A stretch of DNA of 13,213 nt, from the NCBI GenBank assembly GCA_028276785.1, contig JAPYVP010000014.1, positions 1-13,213 on the forward strand. The letters run 5' to 3'. How positions within the stretch are numbered: position 1 is the stretch's first letter; every line of letters begins with the position of its first letter. This stretch comes from Candidatus Nanopusillus sp. (GTDB lineage: Archaea > Nanobdellota > Nanobdellia > Nanobdellales > Nanobdellaceae). Below are positions 5,815 to 11,679 of this stretch, piece by piece. The notes below the pieces were generated by a model. The model had not been told where the DNA came from and searched no databases. It was given only the letters and a program-made list of their open reading frames with translations. A program made the position numbers and the translations under genes.

Positions 5815-7497
5815 TTAATAGTTTAACATATTGAATGTCTTTTTAAATGTCATATATATTTTCCATGCAGTATCTATTGTTTTTTCTTTTGTTTCTTCTA
5901 TTATTAATTTTTTTTCTTCTTCAATACTCTTTCTTTTTATATTTTTTTCAATATTTGATAAATCCCTACCAAAAGTCGATATAACTTTAAGTAACCACAT
6001 TATAATATTTCCTAAAGTTGGAAATATTAATGAAATACTAGATTCTTTTTTTTCTTCCTTCTTTTCCTCTTTTTTATCTTCTTTTTTCTCTTTTTTCTCG
6101 CTTTCTAAATATTTTTTTATCCATGTAATACTTGATAATGCTCTTTTTATTCTCTCATCTTTTTCCAATTCTTCTATAAGTTCTCTTGTCCAGCTTATTT
6201 TATAAGGATCATTCCTTATTTCTTCAGGTTTTGCATCAGATTTTTCAGCAACTATCTTTAATAGTTTTTCATCGCTTTTTATTATATCGTATAAAAATAC
6301 TTCTAAAATTAAACCAGACATGCTTTTTATATAATCGTCTGTCAATCCTGTTATATATGCTAAATCTTCACTTTCTTGATTTATTATTATAGAATCATAT
6401 TCTTCTTTTTCAACTAAATAGGCCCTGAGTACTATATCTATCCTTCCTAGGAAAGAATACATTCTTGCATAAGTATCGGTTCTTCCTACTACAGTAGGTA
6501 TTGCTCTCGTTTTCATATCAATTTCATATAATGGTATGTAAGTTTTTTCTATTTCTTTTCCTTCTTTTTCGTCATATTCTTTTACTTTTACCTCTTTTTG
6601 ATTTGCTATTAATGAAATATTTATAATTGCTGTTTCAAATGCATTTACAACATCTATAGGTTGATCTGGATTTTGTAATAATTTTCTTGCAAATTTAAAA
6701 TACGGTTTTGCAAATTCAACATAATATAACAATGAGCTTAGTTCATGTTTTAGATAGGATTTTAATAAGACAATTCTATCATATAAAATTTTTTTATTAT
6801 TTTCAAGCCAACTATAAAATTCTATTAATCTACTATTTAATAAATTATATATTCTTCTATTTATTATTCCATTATTAAATAATTCATTTAAATCTCTTGG
6901 AGTGGTGTTTGTTTGATCATTAAATAATTTATTATATAATTCCTGACCTATTAATTTTTTATTCTTAAATTTTTCAAGTTCAGATTTTAGATCTGTAAAA
7001 AGAAATAGATCTACAATACTTGGGAACCTAGATGCCTGTAAATTTCTTAAAGCACCCGCACCCCTTGAAGAATCGACATTAGATAGCCATCTATCTTTTA
7101 ATGCCAAATAACTTGCAAGAGCTTCTTCGGGATCTTTTGATAATAAATTTTCATATAATATATATACTGAATAAAGCTGTTTATATTCATTTAAAATAGA
7201 AATAATTGTTCTTGTCAATGCGTTAATTAATTCTGCCAATGATCTTGCATTATTTAATACGTTTGTTAACCTTTGACCCATTTCTCCAAAAAATGAAGAT
7301 CCAACAGATGATGTAAAATCATCAGATAATTTATTAATGTCCATCTTTAAACTATCTCTAATAAAATCTACAAGCCAAAAATATATTTGTTCCATCCTTA
7401 TATTTGGATTATCTAATATAAGTTTTATTTCTAATATTTTATGTTTATTGTCTTCAATCTTTTCATTTTTTAAATCATCAATTTTTATATTTTTCAT
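5815..7497 (-). CDS. Hypothetical 560-aa mostly helical protein with a Lys/Glu-rich linker and C-terminal hydrophobic helix; no family recognised
   Basis: Long uninterrupted ORF in DNA where stop codons are frequent. Composition is helix-favouring throughout, with a short beta-like core (residues 320-365). There is a KE-rich tract ESEKKEKKEDKKEEKKEEKKE (residues 465-485) followed by SISLIFPTLGNIIMWLLKVISTF. I saw no Walker A or other catalytic motif. Confidence refers to it being a real gene. Met35 (MEQIYFW) is an alternative start. Confidence 0.8.
   Translation of the reverse strand: MKNIKIDDLKNEKIEDNKHKILEIKLILDNPNIRMEQIYFWLVDFIRDSLKMDINKLSDDFTSSVGSSFFGEMGQRLTNVLNNARSLAELINALTRTIISILNEYKQLYSVYILYENLLSKDPEEALASYLALKDRWLSNVDSSRGAGALRNLQASRFPSIVDLFLFTDLKSELEKFKNKKLIGQELYNKLFNDQTNTTPRDLNELFNNGIINRRIYNLLNSRLIEFYSWLENNKKILYDRIVLLKSYLKHELSSLLYYVEFAKPYFKFARKLLQNPDQPIDVVNAFETAIINISLIANQKEVKVKEYDEKEGKEIEKTYIPLYEIDMKTRAIPTVVGRTDTYARMYSFLGRIDIVLRAYLVEKEEYDSIIINQESEDLAYITGLTDDYIKSMSGLILEVFLYDIIKSDEKLLKIVAEKSDAKPEEIRNDPYKISWTRELIEELEKDERIKRALSSITWIKKYLESEKKEKKEDKKEEKKEEKKESSISLIFPTLGNIIMWLLKVISTFGRDLSNIEKNIKRKSIEEEKKLIIEETKEKTIDTAWKIYMTFKKTFNMLNY
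6043..6106 (-). repeat. Low-complexity polypurine (coding strand) / polypyrimidine (+ strand) tract encoding the KE-rich linker
   Basis: The + strand at 6043-6106 is a run of T/C with only two purines (a6076, g6100). It consists of degenerate ttc/ttt/ctt triplets and is in frame with the 560-aa CDS (AAA/AAG/GAA codons). Confidence 0.8.
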
Positions 7498-7500
7498 ATA

Positions 7501-7544
7501 TCGATATTAAAATATGTTGGAAAATAAAAATTTTAATATATCGA
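7501..7544. promoter_or_regulatory. Imperfect inverted repeat in the divergent promoter region
   Basis: Left arm is tcgatattaaaat (7501-7513). The reverse complement of 7530-7544 is tcgatatattaaaat, identical except for a 2-nt (at) insertion. The 16-nt spacer holds back-to-back TATA-like elements (complement of 7521-7528 = TTTATTTT; 7531-7540 = TTTTAATATA). An additional perfect 10-bp palindrome ATATCGATAT lies at 7497-7506. Confidence 0.3.
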
Positions 7545-7561
7545 AAGATACTTATATTTAA

Positions 7562-8104
7562 ATGAAGATGAATTTAATAATATTATCAAGTAGAGGGTTT
7601 GATGAAGACGATCTTTTTAACTTTTTAGATATATTGGATGGTAGAACATATATTGCTATAAAAAATAGAAAAATTGGAATAGGAAAATATAAAAGTAAAG
7701 TATTACCAGATTTTGATATACATGAAATATTCTTAATGAGAGAAAACCATTTTGATAGGTTGATATATATTTCTGATGAAGGATATAAAGAATTTTTAAA
7801 TGTAGAGTCTCAAGCAATATTTACAAGATTTATAAATTCATACAGGACGGTTATATTATCTTCTTTATCACAAATAGCATTTTTAAAATCTGGTTTATTA
7901 GCGGGAAGAACAATAACATATAATTATGATGAATATCCACAATATTTAAAATTCTTTCCAGATTTTGGTGTGAAATTGGTAACAAATGCGGATTATGTAG
8001 TAGATAAAAATCTAATAACTGTAAAGGGTAGAGACTCTATATATTCTTTAGGTGAAAAATTGAAAGATATAGAAGAAGAATTAAGAAAAATTAGTAATAT
8101 ATAA
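7562..8104 (+). CDS. DJ-1/PfpI-fold (class I glutamine amidotransferase-like) protein lacking the nucleophile Cys; probable pseudoenzyme
   Basis: By-eye alignment to PfpI/PH1704-type proteins, recalled from memory. [15 protein letters not shown] matches KVLFL..[18 protein letters not shown] matches [37 protein letters not shown] matches [43 protein letters not shown] matches VVVDGNWVSSRVPAD. The Cys-His of ICHGP is replaced by Leu102-Ser103 (7865-7870). Confidence 0.55.
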   Translation: [180 protein letters not shown]

Positions 8105-8683
8105 ATTATATTTACGTAATTCCTTATTAATATAGTAAAAACCAATAAATGATAATATTAATAATAATGGAAATGTAGATCCAATTATGGATATTCTAAA
8201 GTATTTATTTATATTTTGATTCTTTAAATGAATAACAATATTATATAATTTTTTTAATATTAAATAATTTGATACTCCAATGATTATTAGCCCAAGATAT
8301 GTAATAAAAATAGATACAAGTATCCCTATATATATCATTGAAAATAAATTATTCGGATAATATTCTCTATTTATCATTTTTTCAATTATCCTAAACATCT
8401 TCTTTAAGTATTCTATGGATAAAAAATATGAAATAATAGAAATAATAATTAATATAATTAAAATTGCTCCCATATTAATTAAATTAAGGGAAATATACAA
8501 TATTGATAAAGATAATGATGGGCTAAATATTAATGTAAATGGACTCATAGTACTATTATATGTAGAAAAAAAGGATAGAATTATAAATAATAAATATGAT
8601 GAAAAACCCAAAATACTAGATATATACGTAATTTTAGAATAACTATTTAGACTATTTATGAATTCTGATAAATTTTCATTCAT
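8081..8683 (-). CDS. Hypothetical polytopic membrane protein (about 5 TM segments)
   Basis: 200-aa ORF with repeated 20-25 residue hydrophobic stretches separated by short K/R/N-rich loops. A TATA-like TTATAAAAAT (complement of 8703-8712) lies 20-29 nt upstream of the ATG. No family recognised. Confidence 0.65.
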   Translation of the reverse strand: MNENLSEFINSLNSYSKITYISSILGFSSYLLFIILSFFSTYNSTMSPFTLIFSPSLSLSILYISLNLINMGAILIILIIISIISYFLSIEYLKKMFRIIEKMINREYYPNNLFSMIYIGILVSIFITYLGLIIIGVSNYLILKKLYNIVIHLKNQNINKYFRISIIGSTFPLLLILSFIGFYYINKELRKYNLYITNFS

Positions 8684-8713
8684 TCTATATTTTTAAACTT
8701 AAATTTTTATAAG

Positions 8714-8796
8714 CGCCGCGGGTGGGATTTGAACCCACGCCCCCTTTCGGGGATATGGTCTCGAGCCATACCCCTTGTCCGCTCGGGCACCGCGGC
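8714..8796 (-). tRNA. tRNA-Ser (anticodon CGA), class II with long variable arm
   Basis: Reverse complement reads GCCGCGGTGCCCGAGCGGACAAGGGGTATGGCTCGAGACCATATCCCCGAAAGGGGGCGTGGGTTCAAATCCCACCCGCGGCG. The acceptor stem is GCCGCGG/CCGCGGC. The anticodon stem is TATGG/CCATA with loop CTCGAGA (anticodon CGA). The variable arm is TCCCCGAAAGGGGGC, the T-arm is GTGGG-TTCAAAT-CCCAC, and the discriminator is G. Length 83 nt, no intron, CCA not encoded. Confidence 0.93.
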
Positions 8797-8799
8797 ATA

Positions 8800-8807
8800 T
8801 TTATATA
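8800..8807 (+). promoter_or_regulatory. TATA box candidate for trpS (implies a leaderless or near-leaderless mRNA)
   Basis: TTTATATA at 8800-8807 matches the archaeal TATA consensus and is centred about 25 nt upstream of the trpS ATG (8829). The AT-rich background lowers specificity. Confidence 0.4.
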
Positions 8808-8828
8808 ATTAACTTTGATATTTGATAA

Positions 8829-9980
8829 ATGAATGAATATAAAGATATTATAAACATATATGATGTAAATATAAAGGAAGAAAAAGATTATGAAAGATTA
8901 ATAAAATTTTTTGGTGTAAAGGAACTTGATGATATTATATTGAATAATTTAAAATATCTAACTGGGGATTTACATGTTTTATTAAGGAGAAAATTTTTTT
9001 ACGCACATAGAGACTTTGATTTATTATTAAGTAAATATATTGAAGGGAGAAGGTTTTTTCTATATACTGGAAGAGCACCTTCTAAAAGTAAGATGCATAT
9101 TGGTCATTTGATCCCATTTTTATTAACTAAATGGTTTCAAGAAAAGTTTGATGTAAATGTATATATACAAATACCGGATGAAGAAAAATATTGGGAAAAA
9201 AAGGCAGATAATTATGAAGAAATAAGGCAATATGCATTGGAAGATGCAAAAACAATAGCATCTTTAGGATTCGACCCGGATAAAACATTCATATTTATAA
9301 ATTCAGAATATATAAGGAATATGTATAAGGCTGCGATTTATGTTGCAAGAGAAATAAATCTAAATACTGCAAAATCTGTTTTTGGATTTGATGATAACGC
9401 AACAATTGGTTTACCATTTTATATTGCACTACAAATTGTTCCCACATTCTTTGAAAGAAATATTCCATTAATCCCATGTGGAATCGATCAAGATCCATAC
9501 TTTAGATTACAAAGGGATATTGCAGAAAAATTTGGATATTATAAAGCTTCTACAATTTTATCAAAATTTGTATGGGGATTACAAGGCCCATATACAAAAA
9601 TGAGTGCATCAGATCCGAGATCTGCTATATTCGTTGATGATGATTATGATACAATAAAATATAAAATATTTAAATATGCATTTTCTGGTGGGAGAAGTAC
9701 ATTAGAAGAACATAGGAAATATGGGGGAAATCCAGATATTGATGTTTCATATTTTTGGTTATCTGTATTATTTGAAGAGAATGATTATAAATTGAAAGAA
9801 ATAAGAGAGAAATATATAACAGGAGAATTAACAACGGGAGAATTGAAAGAATATACTGCTAATAAAATATGGGAATTTTTAAGTAACATACAAGAAAGAA
9901 GAAAAAATATTAATATTGACAAGTTTATGTATGATGGAAAATTGGCAAGGGAAATGTGGGAATGGGAATTTAGAATATAA
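8829..9980 (+). CDS. trpS: Tryptophanyl-tRNA synthetase, archaeal/eukaryotic type
   Basis: Class I signatures are HIGH (MHIGHLIPF, 9096-9107) and KMSAS (9597-9611). TGRAPSKSKMHIGHLIPFLLTKWFQEKFDVNVYIQIPDEEKY matches the archaeal/eukaryotic TrpRS block (TGRGPS..HlGHliPf..kwLQ..f.v...iq.tDDEK). The length of 383 aa is typical. Confidence 0.9.
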   Translation: MNEYKDIINIYDVNIKEEKDYERLIKFFGVKELDDIILNNLKYLTGDLHVLLRRKFFYAHRDFDLLLSKYIEGRRFFLYTGRAPSKSKMHIGHLIPFLLTKWFQEKFDVNVYIQIPDEEKYWEKKADNYEEIRQYALEDAKTIASLGFDPDKTFIFINSEYIRNMYKAAIYVAREINLNTAKSVFGFDDNATIGLPFYIALQIVPTFFERNIPLIPCGIDQDPYFRLQRDIAEKFGYYKASTILSKFVWGLQGPYTKMSASDPRSAIFVDDDYDTIKYKIFKYAFSGGRSTLEEHRKYGGNPDIDVSYFWLSVLFEENDYKLKEIREKYITGELTTGELKEYTANKIWEFLSNIQERRKNINIDKFMYDGKLAREMWEWEFRI

Positions 9981-11102
9981 ATGAAAATAAAAGAAAAACC
10001 GGAAGATTTTATTGTTAAGGAGATAATTGATTTAAATAAAAAGAAAGAGGGGGAAACATTTAGATATTTTTTAATGAGAAAAAAGAATGTAAATACAATA
10101 AATGCAATTAAAATAATTGCAAGAAAGTTACATATTTCAAAAAGAAAAATATACTTTGCTGGGGAAAAGGATAAAAATACAATATCGGAACAATATATTG
10201 CAATAAGGAATTTCAATGATTTTAAGGATGAATATAATTTTGGAAATGTATACTTAAAATATATAGGATCGTATGATGAACCATTAAGGATCTCTGATAT
10301 AAAATATAACTATTTTAAAATAACTATAAGAGAATTAAGTAAAGAAGAAATTAATATATTCAATAAAAATATAGAAATATTTGATAAATATTATTTTAAT
10401 TATTTTGATGATCAAAGATTTGGAAATAGAGGAAATAACCATATAATTGGGAAATATATAATTAAAAGAGACTATGAAAATGCAATAAAAACATTTTTAA
10501 CAGATTATGAGAATGAAAAAAGTGAAAATGCAATAAAAGCCAGAAAATTTTTATATGAAAATTGGGGTAAATTTAAAGAGGCACTAAAAATATTTCCAAA
10601 TTATTTGGATGTTGAAAGATCATTATTAACTTATTTATCTAAGGAGGAAAATTATAAAAGGGCATTAAAGTATATACCAAAGAGATTGCTAAAGATGTTT
10701 GTCCATTCATATCAATCATATTTATGGAATAAAATATTATCCAATTATATAAAAAATAATTATGGAGAAAAATATTTCATAGAAACGAAAATTGGGAAAT
10801 TTTATATAATTAAGGATAAAGAAGAAATTGAAAAATTGAAGGATATGAAATTTCCATTGGTTGGATATGATATAAAAGATAAGAATATATATAAAGATAT
10901 TTTAGATGAAGAGGGAATAAATTATGAAGAATTAAAATTTGAAGATAAGCCATCCTTAACATTATTATCAACGGAAAGGAATATCCTATCAGAAGTAAAA
11001 AATTTAGAGTATAATATAAATGATAATATTATAGTAATTTCTTTTATATTGGATAAAGGATCTTTTGCTACAATGTATATAAAACATTTGTTCTCAAAAT
11101 AG
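9981..11102 (+). CDS. truD: tRNA pseudouridine synthase TruD/Pus7 family
   Basis: N-terminal KPEDFIVKEI, the catalytic GxKD motif in YFAGEKDKNTISEQ (Asp64 at 10170-10172) and NYFDDQRFGNRG (NYFG.QRFG block) are TruD hallmarks. The ATG directly abuts the trpS TAA. Confidence 0.85.
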   Translation: MKIKEKPEDFIVKEIIDLNKKKEGETFRYFLMRKKNVNTINAIKIIARKLHISKRKIYFAGEKDKNTISEQYIAIRNFNDFKDEYNFGNVYLKYIGSYDEPLRISDIKYNYFKITIRELSKEEINIFNKNIEIFDKYYFNYFDDQRFGNRGNNHIIGKYIIKRDYENAIKTFLTDYENEKSENAIKARKFLYENWGKFKEALKIFPNYLDVERSLLTYLSKEENYKRALKYIPKRLLKMFVHSYQSYLWNKILSNYIKNNYGEKYFIETKIGKFYIIKDKEEIEKLKDMKFPLVGYDIKDKNIYKDILDEEGINYEELKFEDKPSLTLLSTERNILSEVKNLEYNINDNIIVISFILDKGSFATMYIKHLFSK

Positions 11103-11106
11103 AAGA

Positions 11107-11679
11107 ATGATAGAAAAAGAATATGTTGAAAGTTTAAAAGAAAAATTTAGAGAATTTGAAAATAAAAAAGATAAAATAATTGAACTGGGAGTAAAATTAA
11201 ATAGAACATCAAAATCAATAATATATTCAGTAATAAGAGGTGATATAAAATCTGCAAATGAATATATGGTTGAAATGGATAAATATAAAGAAGAAATAGA
11301 TAAGATTGTAAGAGAAGAACCGAGATTGTATAATAATGCTCAAATAAGTTATCAGGAGTATGTAGAAGCAAAAATATTCTATAATTTTATATTAAATAAT
11401 AGAATACCAAAGAATGATGAATTAAAGGTTGATGAGTATTCATATGTTATGGGATTGATGGATTTTGTTGGAGAATTGTATAGAAAATCTATAGAAGAAA
11501 TGTTAAAGAATAATGTGGAGTTTGCTTTGAGGGCTAGGGAAATTATATATGAAATATACAAAAATATGTTATATATGGAATTTAAAAATTATGATATAAG
11601 GAGAAAGGTAGATTATGTTGGAGATATATATAATCTATTAACAGATAAAATATTTATAAGAAAAGTTTCTAGAGAATAA
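11107..11679 (+). CDS. Translin-family protein (archaeal C3PO-like RNase candidate)
   Basis: 190-aa all-helical protein with ...ISYQEYVEAKIFYNF... (E84-x-x-E87) and ...YVMGLMDFVGELYRK... (D119). This matches the translin/TRAX family pattern including the acidic residues that are catalytic in TRAX/archaeal C3PO. It starts 4 nt after the truD stop. Confidence 0.75.
   Translation: MIEKEYVESLKEKFREFENKKDKIIELGVKLNRTSKSIIYSVIRGDIKSANEYMVEMDKYKEEIDKIVREEPRLYNNAQISYQEYVEAKIFYNFILNNRIPKNDELKVDEYSYVMGLMDFVGELYRKSIEEMLKNNVEFALRAREIIYEIYKNMLYMEFKNYDIRRKVDYVGDIYNLLTDKIFIRKVSRE

Noticed and set aside
5831-6392. Plus-strand ORFs 5831-6205 (124 aa) and 6186-6392 (68 aa)
   Set aside because: They are antisense to the 560-aa gene. 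The 124-aa product is dominated by F/S runs, which are just the complement of the KE-rich codons. They have no independent start context or motifs.
3745-7497. NTPase (Walker A/B), HxH-type (TatD/PHP/amidohydrolase) or HNH/PD-(D/E)xK nuclease motifs in the two unknown proteins
   Set aside because: Neither protein has a GxxxxGK[ST] motif. The 681-aa protein lacks an N-terminal HxH, and its motif order fits the EndoIV/xylose-isomerase-like series better. I could not defend any other nuclease motif by eye.
7395-7497. Shortening the 560-aa gene to start at Met35 (7393-7395)
   Set aside because: This is possible, because the left inverted-repeat arm with its ATTTTAATAT lies only 3 nt upstream of the first ATG. 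However, a TATA-like TTTATTTT sits at the normal distance (-24 to -31) from the first ATG and the N-terminal 34 codons stay open, so I kept the longest ORF.
8415-8642. Plus-strand ORF 8415-8642 (75 aa)
   Set aside because: It lies entirely antisense inside the 200-aa membrane protein gene. The membrane protein's regular TM pattern and promoter context are more convincing.
771-8796. tRNA genes as integration sites flanking a mobile or genomic island
   Set aside because: I found no integrase, transposase or direct repeat of a tRNA 3' end anywhere in the window. The genes between the tRNAs include core functions (secY, ribosomal proteins).
9295-10216. Minus-strand ORFs 9295-9498 (67 aa) and 9785-10216 (143 aa)
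   Set aside because: They are antisense to trpS and to the trpS/truD junction, both of which carry unambiguous catalytic motifs. These are shadow ORFs.
11147-11561. Minus-strand ORFs 11147-11371 (74 aa) and 11379-11561 (60 aa)
   Set aside because: They are antisense to the translin-like gene, and their low-complexity L/Y/I-rich translations have no motifs.
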